Shown here: one piece after another, positions 39,037 through 51,915 of the stretch
Numbering within the stretch: position 1 is the stretch's first letter
How the letters are laid out: every line of letters starts with the position of its first letter
Assembly: GCF_036321535.1 (NCBI RefSeq)
Contig: NC_087436.1
Coordinates: 36,830,001-36,894,000, forward strand
Direction: 5' to 3'
Length of the DNA stretch: 64,000 nt
Origin: Camelus dromedarius
Taxonomy: Eukaryota
The notes under the pieces: generated by a model
Told to the model about the DNA's origin: nothing
The model's database searches: none
What the model saw: the letters and a program-made list of their open reading frames with translations, nothing else
Translations under genes and position numbers: made by a program

Positions 39037-39741
39037 CTGAAGTTTCTCAGCCTCTGCAATGTGGACCTTGGGGACCTGACCATTCCTTGTTGTGGGTGCT
39101 GTCCTGTGAGCTGTAGAACGTTAGCAGTGAAGGAGGGCGGAACATGCCACTCTAAAACGCACCTCTTTGGCATAATTATTTTGAGCTGATTATTTTGATA
39201 AACAGCAGACACAGGAGAAACTATGAAGACAGAGAAGATTACCCTTTTGTAAGGATATATTTACAAAGGAAATCCCCACATGGAAGGTGTCTCCCTCTCT
39301 GCACCAGACGACTAAATCACCAGAATCTCTTATGCATGGAGAAGGCACAGACTTAAATCTAACAAACCTTACTCTCGTTTACCCTGGTTTCCTGGTCACC
39401 TCCCCATAACTGGCTTTCCCCACAACCATCTCTCTTTTGTCTTTAGCTGAAGATAGAATTTAAGCCTGAATTTAAACCTCTGAGAGTTACTCATTTTTCC
39501 CTGGGCATTTTCTGTATATACATGAGGTATACATGTTAACTGACTTTGTTTTTTCTGTTAACCTGTGTTTTGTTATGCGGCCCCGAGAGAACTTAGAAGG
39601 AGAGAAGGAAAATCACTTTTTCCTCACCTATATCCCTGGCCTCTACCCACCAGATGTCATCATGACAATCAAAAACGTCTCCAGAGCTTGTCAAAAGCCT
39701 CTTGGAGAGGGGAGCAACATTACCTCCAGTGAGAACCAATG
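39037..39741. mobile_element. MER20 hAT MITE split by an LTR (halves 39037-39127 and 39633-39741)
   Basis: tttctcagcctctgca...gctgtcctgtgagctgtagaacgttagcag resumes as tccctggcctctacccaccagatg...gagaaccaatg. Confidence 0.85.
39128..39632 (+). mobile_element. Solo ERV1-type LTR (MER34/MER39-like)
   Basis: tgaagga...gaacatgccactctaaaa...ctttggcataattattttgagctga; ends ttttcctcacctata. Confidence 0.8.
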
Positions 39742-40179
39742 GACTTGATGTCTAAAAAGCAAAATTCTGTGCCTTACTCAAGATCACCAAACAGTCAAAG
39801 AATGGTGTTAATTATATAAATCTTATGAGGTTCACAGAAGTCATTGCTATTAGAAATTTGTTCACATTAGCTTTAGGCAACTGTAGCCCACACAGTGATA
39901 GACATGAAATAGTTAAATAGTAATGTGCTTAGGTTGTATCTTATCAGAGCATAAAATATTGTTTTGGTGCTTCTCAAAGAGTTAAATCCATTCTCAGCTT
40001 GAATCCCTACTGGAGAGTTACCATTCTCTCCTGAAGGAATTTAAAACCCTATCCCTGTATAGCTGCACTTCCAGGGCATGGAGTGGGCTGATTGCAGCAA
40101 AAAGAACATAGCTGACACACTGTTGGGGATATTCTCAGAGTAGAGAGGGCTGGATATGGAGTCCTGCACATCTTTTAGA

Positions 40180-40277
40180 ATTTTTTTAAAAAAATAAAAC
40201 TTATTTTACTACTTTTTAAATAAGGAGGTATTGGGGATTGAATCCAGAACCTCAACCATGCTAAGCACGGACTCTAC
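40180..40277 (-). mobile_element. Vic-1-like SINE
   Basis: ggaggtattggggattgaatccagaacctcaaccatgctaagcacggactctaccactgagctataccctcccc. Confidence 0.85.
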
Positions 40278-40769
40278 CACTGAGCTATACCCTCCCCACC
40301 TCTAGCCATAAGTAAGAAACTAGTATTTTACAGAACACTTTGAAAGAAACTCAAGACTTTCGTCCACATTAGTCAACAAAAAGTCAGAAATCAAAGTTTT
40401 TGTTTTTGTTTTTGTTTTTGAGAAGGGCATAAGCAGAGGCCAGAAGTACGTAGTGAACATCTCACTGTGGCTACTGTGGGACATCCAAAGAAAAGGTGTG
40501 CACAGCAGAGGAGAAGAGACTCAGCTGTCAGCTGTGGTGTCTAACGGCTGTCACCCACTGCTCAGTGAGGCAGAGCCATCAACGGCTCACAGAACCCCTG
40601 CAGCAGACCTTTCCAGTGCTTGGGTCACATCCCCTTGGCCTGCTTCCAATGTCAAGCGGCAGCTTCAGTGGACAGTTCACTCACCCCTCCTGTCACATTC
40701 TGCCCTGGGGCCTGGTCTGTCGGAGGTGACATCCTCTGACCTCATGTAAATACAAGCCCTAGAGTGTGG

Positions 40770-41053
40770 GGGCATTAGTAGCCCTAGACACAACCCTCAA
40801 ACAATATGGGACACAAGCTGGTGGATAACTGTTCCAGCCTCCAGTCTTCAAGACATTCTGTGGACTTGCTGGTGGAATCCGGTCTCTTATTGCTCATAGC
40901 AGTGACTTCTACAATACCATCTATATTGGGTTCTCCTTTTTTCCTTGTCTTACTCTCTTGTTCCTCACCTCTTTTTCCTGGGGTGAGGAAATAAACCACC
41001 AAGACCAGAATTCTTGTCATAGGCTCTGCTGTCAAAGGAGCCCACACTATAGA
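40770..41053 (+). mobile_element. Old ERVL LTR fragment (LTR16-like)
   Basis: tggtggataactgttccagcctcc, aaataaaccacc, ttcttgtcataggctctgct, gcccacactataga. Confidence 0.55.
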
Positions 41054-41686
41054 AACCCACTGTATGGGATGCATATCATTGTGAATATTTTAATCCAAAT
41101 TAACTATATGGTCAAAAGTATCTGGTTCTCACCCCAGAGTCAGTTCATTCATTCTCAATAGTCATTTGGTTGTTCCCATATAGGTCTCAATTATGGATAC
41201 AAATATCTTTCTGATATTGTTACGAGTCAGTACTCAGGAAGGGTGCCTCCTATATCATAGTCAAGATTGTGATTAACAATTTATTTCTGTCTAGGTGTGC
41301 CACACATTAAAAAATAATCTCTTGACATTAAATAAGCTTTAAAGCCATAAAGTAACTGTATTCCTGAATCCTTTAGCCCAGAGAAGTCAGGATTTTTAGT
41401 ACCTTACATTGAAGCATATGATTGGGGAATGGCTTCTCAGATTATCATCCTTAGCCACTCTGGAAAAACTGGGGTCCATCTTAATGAGGAAAGTGACTTC
41501 CATACTATTCCTTGAAAATAAAAAGTATATGAGAAAATTATCCTGTCTTTGAGGCTACCTAACACATTTAAGTATTTTTTCCCTAACCTTTATACTTACA
41601 TAATTTGAGTATTGTACAAAAAATAAGTACCAATCTGGACAAAAATCTTTTATCTTCCCCAATTCTTATGATTAACAATAGCATGG

Positions 41687-41689
<3 letters not shown>

Positions 41690-41721
<32 letters not shown>
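41690..41721. repeat. (TG)n microsatellite
   Basis: Perfect TG run. Confidence 0.95.
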
Positions 41722-41724
<3 letters not shown>

Positions 41725-44369
41725 GGAGAAGGGTGGTTGTAAAATTGCTGAGAAATAGGATGGGGAGAGGTGTAGCCTGTGATCTCCTCCCTCTTAGGAA
41801 AGTCTCTCCACTTTCAGGGTGGTGTATGATGGGGAGAAAGTGGACAGATGTCAAGCTCAATGCTTTGGGGACTCCTACAGTAGAGTGTATGACTAGAGAA
41901 GTTATAGAATTGCCTTCCATGGAGCCCTTAGATTTAAACTCCAAAAGCTCAGGCCCATGTCTTTTACCCTCTGTCTGTATCCCACAGCACCTAGCCGAAT
42001 GCATTACACTGAATAAGAGCCACCAAGACTAATGCCTAACCTCATCTGAGTCCAGGTGCCAGGCACTGTTCTAAGAGCGTTGTATCTGTTAACTCTTCTA
42101 ATGAGTTAATTGATAAATATTGCAGGGTATTGAATAAACACATAATAATTGTTTACCTATAATATTTAAGTAAAATTTAAAGCAAATTTGAAAAATCAGT
42201 TCAATAAATTTTTGAAGCCTGTTCAACTCTATAATTTTATCAAACAACAAATGATAGATCACATTCTTATTTCCTCTTATCCATACACTCTTTTTATGAC
42301 TCATCTGTTTTGACTCCCATTTCTACTTCCTCTGCTCTGGGAGGTTCCAAGTTTCCTGGGCAGGCAAAATGATCTAAACTGCCAACTGTTTCAATTGCAT
42401 TAAGTCCAAATAAAATTACAGTGGTTATCAGGAGACAGAGCTTTCCCCACTTTTCTGTTTTAAGTTCATTCTAGTCAATGATGCCAATGGTTAGAAGAGA
42501 GAAGACAGATAAATATACAACTCTATCCTTTATTACCTACACTGGTTTCAACTAGTCAGTGAGAACAGTCAGAGGGGAGTGCTTTCCCCACATTCTCCTG
42601 AGAGTGTTTCCTTACTTTAACTGTTTTGTATACAACTCTGATTCCTTCTCTAATGACCTCATACTTAATCTCCTCTTCCTCCCAACTCTTCCCAAAATCT
42701 TTCACTAAAGCAGACTATGTATGGCTCCACCTCTAATTACTATTTATTAATTTGCATACATTTTTCTCCTTATACTGTCATCACAGTGAGGAGTCGGTCC
42801 TGCTGGTAGGGTGTCCAGGAATGATGTATGCCCAGTTAACCTTCAAATGGACCCTCTTCTCCTTGGGCCAAACTTCAGCTGAGGACTTGAATCACTTCAC
42901 TTATGGGGTCACGAGAATGTAAACTTTCTGCAGTTCCTCCCTCAACATATTTTTTCACATCATATTGGTGACCTGTGAACATTTCTTTGAATTCATTAAA
43001 TTGCCACATTCCTTTTCTACAAACTAACTTTGATCCCTTTACTTCCTCGAATACAGTATAATAGAGTCTCTCTTCAAATTTCCTCTCTAAAAGATACTGC
43101 CCTCTCAGTGGTAATCTTAGGAACTCTCTGTTTAAAGAAGTTTACCATGCAAATCACATAAAAGAAGGAGAGAGAGAGAAAAACTTAAGTTACCCTGCTA
43201 GTATGGGATGTCTACTGACTCTTGATTAAAAAGGGAAATCTGTGTGTTTTCTAGAGGCTACTTAGGGCTGCAGACTTTTGGCTGCAATGGGAGCAAATGA
43301 AGTGGATGGTGGCCAGCTGTTTCTTATGGAGACTGTGCGACTAGAACAATAAGAAACAAATTAAACTGAAATGTTAAGGTTCAATGTGAGGAAAAGCTTC
43401 CTGTGAATAAAAGATGCAGAAAACTGGGATGTGTTTCTAAGAAAGATAACTCAACATTTCTGGATGTCTTCCAAAATGGAATAAATTTGTCCTTGGATAG
43501 TTAAAATGATATCCTTTTATCGTGACATAATGCCTCAAGATTCTTTGATCCATTTTTTGAGAAAACATAAAGTAAACATTATTACAAAAAGGACAGAGTA
43601 GGATTTCAAAATAATTACAAGATTATTTCAAACTAATTTAAAACAAGATTTGAAAAAATAAAAGAAAAAGAAAAAAGAAAATAAAACATGACTTGATTCT
43701 GGTCCAATAAATTTAATAAATCTTTTTTAGGTATTTACTAATTAGATGAAGATAATTGAGACAAATTCCTTATTTTCGAGGAGCCCCCTATCTACTCGAT
43801 CCATAAGGCAGGTTGTGAAATATGTTTTTATTAGTGCTTTCAAAGAGTGCTATGGTAGAAGAGATTAATTCTTATTGCAGAAAGATTTGAGAAGTCTTTA
43901 TGGAGAGACTGGCTTTTTAGCTGGTCCTTGAAGGATGGGCAGGACTTTGGTGGGTAGAGTTAGGGAAGATGAGTACATGCCTTTTAAAGGGATAAGAATG
44001 AATAAGGGTCTGGAATTAATAAATGGTAGAGCTGGGTGAAGGGTAGAAGTATATGGTAAGGAAAGGTGCTGATAATATTCCTTAGAAAAAGTCCAAGCAA
44101 GGGCATGACACTCCAATTCTTTGTCACAGAGGCAACAAAACCCAGGGAACAAATGATTTAGTAAAACCAGGACAAGGGTGCAGCTGTGGAAATGCAGTAG
44201 ATAAGCTGGGAATGCCATGTTCAGAGATAATTCATCCTGGAAAATCCATCTGAGATAAAATTTGAAAAAGATCCCAGTAAATAGTCTCAATGGAAAGCCA
44301 CGTTCCAGCTGGCAGCCACGGTATCTGCAGGGCTCCTGCACCCTCTCTGCACTATCAAACATCCTAGGC

Positions 44370-44800
44370 TAGTGTTTCCTGAACTCCAGCTGTCCCTGGG
44401 CCACCTTCATAATGTTTACCATATCCATGCCCCAGCTGCTGTAATATGTACTTAACATTTATCTTTAAATAATTTTTACTTAAAACCTGAAAACTTTGTT
44501 ATTACCATAAAAACCCCCAGTATCATTTGCCATTAATAGAATGTAACTGTAAAAGTAAATTCAACTAAAGCAAAGTGACATTATTAAATTCTAATTAAAC
44601 TCTAAATTAAATTCTAGTCAGATACCATTGTCTGCCTATTGCTTTGAGCCTGAGGCTAACTCTCTCTTTGTTAAAAATTTAGGCAAGAAACTCTTAGATG
44701 TTAAAGACATTCTAGAATTAAAGTGAGAATTTCTTCTAGACCAAATAGAAGGATTGAATGAAATTAAAAGGGGATATGATCCAATACTATCTAGTGTAGT
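44370..44800. mobile_element. MER113-like hAT-Charlie element
   Basis: tagtgtttcctgaactccag, ccaccttcataatgtttaccatatcc, gagcctgaggct, tctctctttgttaaaaa. Confidence 0.6.
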
Positions 44801-44972
44801 TAACAACGACCAACTATTTTTTAAGTAACTTCTTGGAACGTATCTCTCATATGTTGGTTTGTTCCTGTTCTTCAGTATTGTAAAATTATCCTCATTCTAG
44901 ACACTTGATGTTTCTGGGCTTTCGTTTCTTGTTTTTTATGCAAGTGTTGGCTTAAGCAACAAAACATAGATT

Positions 44973-45400
44973 ATCAGTTGAAATGTTTTTGGCTGTAAGT
45001 AAAAGGAAAAAAAAACCCTGACCCTACATGTTTAAAGAGTGAAGAAAATTCATTTCACAAAATTGGTTCCTAGATAGGGTGGGTCCAAGGATAGTTAATT
45101 CAAACAGCCCAGTGACTCCATCAAGGACCCAAGTTCCTTCCATCTTTATGCGCTGCCAACCTCAGTGTGCTTTGTTTTCAGGCTCATTTCCCTCCTGGTT
45201 TTATGACGGCTGTCATGGTTTTACGGTATCACCTGGAGATATGGCAACATCCAGCAAAACAAAAAAACACCTTTTCCTATATATCTCTTTTAGGAGTGAA
45301 TAAACTCTTCCTGAAACTCCCTCCTCACCTCACTCCAAGAGGGTAACTCTTTGTAACTCTTTGGCCAGAATTCTTGTCACATGTCCACGCTAACCACTCT
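44973..45400 (-). mobile_element. Old MaLR LTR (MLT1K/L-like)
   Basis: tttttggctgtaagtaaaaggaaa, catcaaggacccaagttccttccatct, ttggccagaattcttgtcacatg. Confidence 0.65.
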
Positions 45401-45401
45401 G

Positions 45402-45650
45402 TCTAGAGGAACGCCAGTCCCACCGCCCCACCTGAGATCCCAGCTGACAGACAGCACCTAGCACTGCAGTGAACCTGCTTGGGAAGGGATCCTCTAGCCC
45501 AGGTGGGCCACTTAGCTGTCATACGGAGCAGAGACAAGCTCTTCCCACCAAGTCCTACCCAGATCACAGAATCACGAGCAAAGGAAGGATCATTGTTTAA
45601 GGACCCTGACTTGCGGGGTGGTTTGTTATACAGCAATAGATAACCAAACA
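45402..45650 (+). mobile_element. MaLR LTR 3' part (MLT1F/G/H-like)
   Basis: cccagctgacagacagcacc, cagaatcacgagcaaa, ggggtggtttgttatacagcaatagataaccaaaca. Confidence 0.75.
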
Positions 45651-46739
45651 CAGAATACTTTTTAAATACGGTTATGGTTATGAATTTTAAATTGTGGGTT
45701 ATGAATTTTAAATTGTGGACATTAAAATTCTATCATCAACTATCATCATCTCATGGAAGAAGCTAAAATTTACCACCAGACACACACATACACACACAAT
45801 GAAAAGAAAATCTCAGACTAGAGGCTGGTTCTCTAATTTTAGTAAATTTAAGTTCACTTTAAAAACTCACAGTACTGCCCTTATTTTTCTCATTTTTCTG
45901 GAGTTATTGAAATATTATGAGGAACTCATACTTGGAAATCTTTGCTCTACCATCTCACAGGATGATACCAGAAGCAGGATATCCTTATTTAAGAGCACTT
46001 TAAAGCTTGAAATACTTTTCTTACGGAAATATTTATCTTGCCCAAGCTAACAGTAAGTCCTCTCTTTTCTGAATTATAGCCCATATCATTACTGAATATC
46101 ACAAATAGATAAAAGATCTCAGTACATAAAACCACAATTTGAATATTCTTGTTTAGTGTCTTCTGCAAAATCTGGTTACCTATATACTTGAAGGAAACAA
46201 AACTATTGACACAGTTGATGGATCAACGACGAGGAATTCGTTGCTGTGGACAGGAAACATTCTCACCTGCAGCACAAGTTCCTAGGCCTGCCTTGGTTAG
46301 CTATCTATGTTTTCATGCTGTGGGCCCACTAGGAGGAACCTGTTGGGTGACACATCCAATTTTTCTCTGCCCAGCTGTGCCTGGCAAATGCATATATACG
46401 TGCCTCACGGGTATGAGGCCCCGCCAAGTGGTGGGGCTTTCCTGAATACTTCTCAGTGGACACAGCAAAGTCAGCCAAGTGTGTCATTAAAAGCTCCTTT
46501 CTGTCCCTGCTAGTGAAATCAGTGGGGTCTACACAAGACTTACCGAATTATTCAAGTTACTTCCATAATCAACATTTTGGACTGACATATATTATATTAA
46601 GGTTGATTATAATGTTTCAACATTCAAGCTGTTTTACTTTCAAATTTGTTTCTAAACTTGTTTCATAAATTTTGAGATAGTGAGCAAGTTTTCCCACTCA
46701 TTTAGCAGTAGAAAGCATTTCTGCTCATCATCTGCTTGG

Positions 46740-46863
46740 CTTTTTGTTGTTGTTGGAGGAGGTAATTAGGTTTATTTATTTTTGATGGAGGTGCTGGGGA
46801 TTGAACCCAGGACCTCATGCATGCTAAACACATGCTCTATCACTGAGCTATACCCACCCTCCC
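46740..46863 (-). mobile_element. Vic-1-like SINE
   Basis: ggaggtgctggggattgaacccaggacctcatgcatgctaaacacatgctctatcactgagctataccc. Confidence 0.9.
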
Positions 46864-47074
46864 ATCCTTAGCTTCTTACAGCAGTTTTGTAGAAAGTAAA
46901 ACAAAAAGAGTAAAAATATTTTGAATTAAATGCTTAGAAATGTTTGATAAATCTAACCTAAGAATGCTTGAAATATAATGTAGTGAATTTCTTTCTTTGG
47001 CCCATTTTAAATATAATTGAAAGTTATATATGTATCCTTAAATTTTTTGAAGATATGCACAAATACATTTATAT

Positions 47075-47450
47075 TAAAAGTTGGACTGGTGATATTTGAA
47101 AGTGCACTTCCTGTCCAGCTCTGAAGAACTTCTTTGGGACAATGGAGAGAAGTTGAATATTATTTGTAAATTAAATGTAATTAAGGAAAAATGGTTACTT
47201 TCATAAGGTGTCTTAATGAAATTGTGGATTTTAGGAAAATATCCTGGTTTTTCAGGGATGTATACTGAAGTATTTAAGGGTGAAGCATCCTTATGTCCAT
47301 AACTTGTTTCAAAATACTTAAATTTATAAAACAAATATGCCCAAATGGTAAAAACTATTTTACCATTGTGATGGGTTTGTGTGTCTTCGCTATTCTGTAC
47401 TTTTCAATATGGTTAACATTTCTCATTCATAACAAAACTGAAAATAAAAA
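47075..47450 (+). mobile_element. Old L1MC/ME 3' end
   Basis: ttgggacaatggagagaagttgaatat, gatgtatactgaagtatttaagggtgaa, tattctgtacttttc. Confidence 0.65.
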
Positions 47451-48221
47451 ATGATACAAATATTCTGTGATTATGTTTTCCTTTCAGGAATATGATGGAG
47501 GGAATTCAACAAATCCTGGGTTGTACTTTAAAAAATAGATGTTAATCCTGAAAGAAACATCTACTTTAGAGCCTATCAGCTTCCCATCAGAAAGGCTCTG
47601 TTTCTAATTCTGATTCAGTCTTATTTATCTTCTTAACCACTGTCCATAGACACACTTCCAGCAATCAGAGTAACTTTGATATTGCTACAATCTGAACCCA
47701 AACAAGAACAAGATTTGAATTTTATTTTACTTAATTTGATGAGTTTCAAATGTGTGCACTTTGATTAAGCAGGCGATTTAGAGAGATAATGGGGCTGACA
47801 CAGCCTTCTGAGCAAGGGAAAGCACGGCATAATTGAAGTCAGCTAACAGGGTTTCCAGCAGAGAACGATTTCCCTGAGTGTGTGATCTGATTTTCTTTGA
47901 TGTTTGTATTACAGTAATGACATTAACAGCATCCCAAACACCGCTTAATGAAATTTTAGACTTGCTATACGTGAGGACTCCTCTGTCATCAAACTTGGCT
48001 GGTTTCTATACAGTTTCTCTCGGGTGTACTAGTTCAACATGTGGGAAAACCAGGACAGTATAAAACACACGTCAGTTTAAAATTCCAGACCAAGTATAGC
48101 TGCTTTTAAAAATAATTCTATGTGCTATCCTTGCCTAACCTGTGCAGATATTGAGGTGAGAAAGTCCCTAAAATAGTCAAACTCCTAGAAGTAAAAATAG
48201 AATAGAAGTAAAGAATAGAAT

Positions 48222-48479
48222 AAATTGGGAGTTTGGGATTTGCAGATATTAACTACTATATATAAAACAGATAAACAACAAGGTCCCACTGTATGGCACA
48301 GAGAACTGTATTCAATATCTTGTAACAGCCTAAATGAAAAAGAATGTGAAAAGGAATATATATACACAACTGAATCACCATGCTGTACACTAGAAATTAA
48401 CACATTGTAAACCAACTATACTTCAACTTTTAAAAAATTTAAAAAAAACCAGAAACAGAATCACAGACACAGAAAAATA
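48222..48479 (+). mobile_element. Cetartiodactyl-type L1 3' end inserted in an older L1MA/MB 3' UTR (host about 48160-48685)
   Basis: aaattgggagtttgggatttgcagata, aactgaatcaccatgctgtacac; TSD aaagaatagaat at 48210-48221 and 48480-48491. Confidence 0.85.
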
Positions 48480-51164
48480 AAAGAATAGAATGGTGGTTGT
48501 CAGGGGCTGAGGGTGAGAGGAGGGGGAAATGGAGAGGTTCTAATACAAGGGTATAAAGCTTCAGCTTTGCAGGATGTGTAGATTCTACAGATCTGATGCA
48601 CAACACTGTGCTTATAGATAACAATACCGTATTATACACTTAAATATCTGCCAAGAGAATAAATCTCATTATCACAATAAAAAGAAAAGAAGAAAGTGGA
48701 TAAATCAACATCATTTGGGCACGAATATATAAATAATGATTGAGTAAATCCTGCTGATGGTTGGTAGCGATAAGTAGCTTAATGTATTAGGAATAGCACA
48801 TTTTCATATTTCCAGAAAACTGCTCATAGCACTCTAAAGGTGTTTTAGGGTTATAACAAATGTGAAGTGCCATTATAAGGAATCAAGGACTCCAATCACT
48901 ACTCGTAATTTTATTAACAGTGAGTCAGTAAAGAAATACTGAACTGTGTTTTTAAAAAGCTTTTCAACGAATATTTAACACTCAGAGAGAGAGTTGTCAT
49001 TTTGACTTCCCTGTCATATAATTCTGGAATCTGAAAATTCATCTCTCCCTGGAAATGTCTGAAAAACAGACTAGGTTCTTGCTTTCTGTAATTTATGCCT
49101 GACTACTGATTCACATGAGTGAGATATATGTAAATTCTGTGTCTAAGATTGTCCACATCTGATGGATATGGCTTTATTCTGTGTGTATATTTGGAAGGAA
49201 GGTCTTGGTTCTTAGGTCACAACTAAAAATGGGGGTGGAGGGATGGGAGAGTGGGAATCTATGGATGACTGGTAAGTTGAGTATACAAAGTAATGATTCC
49301 ATAAACCAAAGTTACACTAAAACCAAGCAAGGAAATTCCATAATAACTGGTAAAATTCTATTCCATGAGATAGTCTAAAAATTTCATAAAGGCAAACCCA
49401 GAGAGTCTAAAAAGGGGGAAATGACTATGTATGAAGGTACAAAGAAGACTGGTGAGCATTTTAATAGGGTTCAGCTTGGACAAGGACTCTATGAGGAAAA
49501 CACAGAACAGCATAGTGTGTTCCAAACGACTGTTTGTCACTAAAATGTGTCCCAGATGCATACTGACTATGTTCGGTAAACTTTTTATCAATCCCCCTTT
49601 TTGGAGATTTTTTTCTGATGATTAATTTGGGACCCCATTTGCTTAATAGACAGCTACCGCGGTAGCCTGTATTTGAATACAGATTCTAATGTAGCTAATC
49701 TAAGCAAGCTTTAGATAATAAGGGCCTGAAAGCACAAATTAAGCCCCATCCTCAATTTTAGAAATCCTATGTTTAGGCAAGCATTTGTTGTTGTTTTCCT
49801 ATTACTGTAATTTGATGGCATATCTGTAGGGTGCTAAATGCATTACTTAGAGTGCACTGAAAATACAGTGAATGTTTTCTGAGATCTTTTGTGCTCTAGG
49901 TTATTTTCTAAGCTGCTATTTAATACTACAAGATGCTAACAAAGAGATGTGAAATATACAAAGTGAAGTGGAGAATGCCCTCTTCTATATTTTTTCCCAC
50001 TGCCTTGAATGCCAGCTTGCTGTGATTATTACAGCAAGTCCTCTTTCATTTTATCCACAAAAGACTTCCAACAGAGTGTAAATTTACGTATGATTTATTC
50101 TTTGTTTTAGGCAATGAATAGAACACTGAACTCTAATTCAGGGGACTCTATGCCATTCCATTCTACACATTTGCCCAACTGGATGCTATTTTAGGCTGCT
50201 TCAGAATATACGTGCGTTTAGGGCAGGAAAGGGGGCTTGGACAACTTGGATTGTATTCAATACGGAGGCAGCTGCATTAATAAACACCACTTGATACCAC
50301 TGATTTCATTTCACACTAGCAAATGTTTTTATTTAAGCTGTCCATTTCCCTATGAAATACGATGAACTATTTCCCTCCCCATCTAATTACAATTTTGATT
50401 ATTGTTAATAATTTCCCCCCACAAATATGGAAGTTCAAAATCTAACAAATGAATGACGATTCTAAGGATAAAGAATGGGTTGAGTTCTTCAGTAGCCCAA
50501 AAGCAGCAGTGTGGAAGGCAGCAGTTAACTGGGGTGAGACTCCCATTCATCCACATTCTTACACTCAGTCTTGATTTTTGCTGTCCCCTCCCACACTCTG
50601 ATCAGTTCAAAGTGTCTACTCAGCACCCACCAGATTGTGCTCATTCCTATTTCGGTGACTTTGTTCAGATAATTCCCTTTTTGAATCAGCTTTTAAAAAA
50701 GATTTAAGTAACTTTTATTATGACATATTTCAGAATGTCAGAATATACAGAAGAAAGCAGAAAATAAAATATGTAATAACCAGATATATTCATCTACCAA
50801 GAACTTTAATACGTATTAATGTTTGGTCATACTTGCTGTGGTCACTCTGACTTTATTTTTGTTTTTTAAGAAAAAATATTTTGCTTCAAAAAACCTTCCC
50901 ATTGCTTTCAGTCTAACCATTTGTTTCTGTTATTCAGTAAACATTTCTTTATTGAGTATCTACTAGATCCAGAGGCTGTGTCAAGGTGTGGAGAGGTGGG
51001 GAGAATAAAACAAACAGCCTTATCTTTTAAGAGTTCAACATACAAAGACTTTCTCCTGTTTAAATCCTCCTTTCTACCATTAAGCCCTTCCCAATAGGAG
51101 TCTGACTGGCTGACCCTCCTGTTCCAGACATCCAGGACACCGACAATCTAAATAACACCATTTA

Positions 51165-51699
51165 ACCTAAGTGTCCATCAACAGACGAAGAATAAAGAAG
51201 ATGTGGTATTTATATATATATAAATATGGAATGGAATACTACTCAGCCATAAAAAGAATGAAATTTTGCCATTTGCAGCAACATGGATGGACCTGGAGAA
51301 TATTATGCTAAGTGAAATAAATCAGACAAAGAAAGACAAATACTACATGATATCACTTATATGGGGAATCTAAAAAATACAATAAACTAGTGAATACAAC
51401 AAAAAAGAAGGCACAGATACAAAGAACAAACTAGTGGTTACTAGTGGGGAGAAGGCAGGGGGCAGGACAATAGAGGAGTAGAGGGGTTAAGAAGTGCAAC
51501 TATTGTGTAGAAAATAAGCTACAAGGATGCACTGTACAACACAGAGAATATAACCAATATTTTATAATAACTATAAATGAAGTATAATTTTTAAAATTGT
51601 GAATCACTACAGTATACACCTGTAACAAAATATTGCACATCAACTATACTTCAACTAAAAAAAAATTTTAAAGTTAGTGCTAAAAGTAAAAAATATATA
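51165..51699 (+). mobile_element. 5'-truncated L1 3' end
   Basis: acctaagtgtccatcaacagacgaa, gccatttgcagcaacatggatggacctggag; TSD aaataaca(c/t)cattta at 51150-51164 and 51700-51714. Confidence 0.9.
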
Positions 51700-51749
51700 A
51701 AATAACATCATTTACGATGTTGTACATGAAGACACATGACCAATGTGTG

Positions 51750-51915
51750 AGGTGCTGTCTTGGATTGACTTGTGAGAGACAATCGTGCACATCTCTTTCC
51801 AACTCTGCATTCAGTGATGGTTATGGTGGGAGGATGTGCGCCACAGGAATTGACAAACATTACAAATCAGAGTTATCTGTTTTGCAGGAGAGCTGGCTTA
51901 CCCATACACCACTGC
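51750..51915. mobile_element. MER63-like hAT MITE fragment
   Basis: gtgcacatctctttccaactctgcattcagtga, tacaaatcagag, gagagctggcttacccatacaccactg; resembles 35340-35536. Confidence 0.6.

Noticed and set aside
43898..44362. Longest ORF (154 aa, minus strand)
   Set aside because: No recognisable domain; it overlaps degenerate L2-like sequence and its length is compatible with chance.
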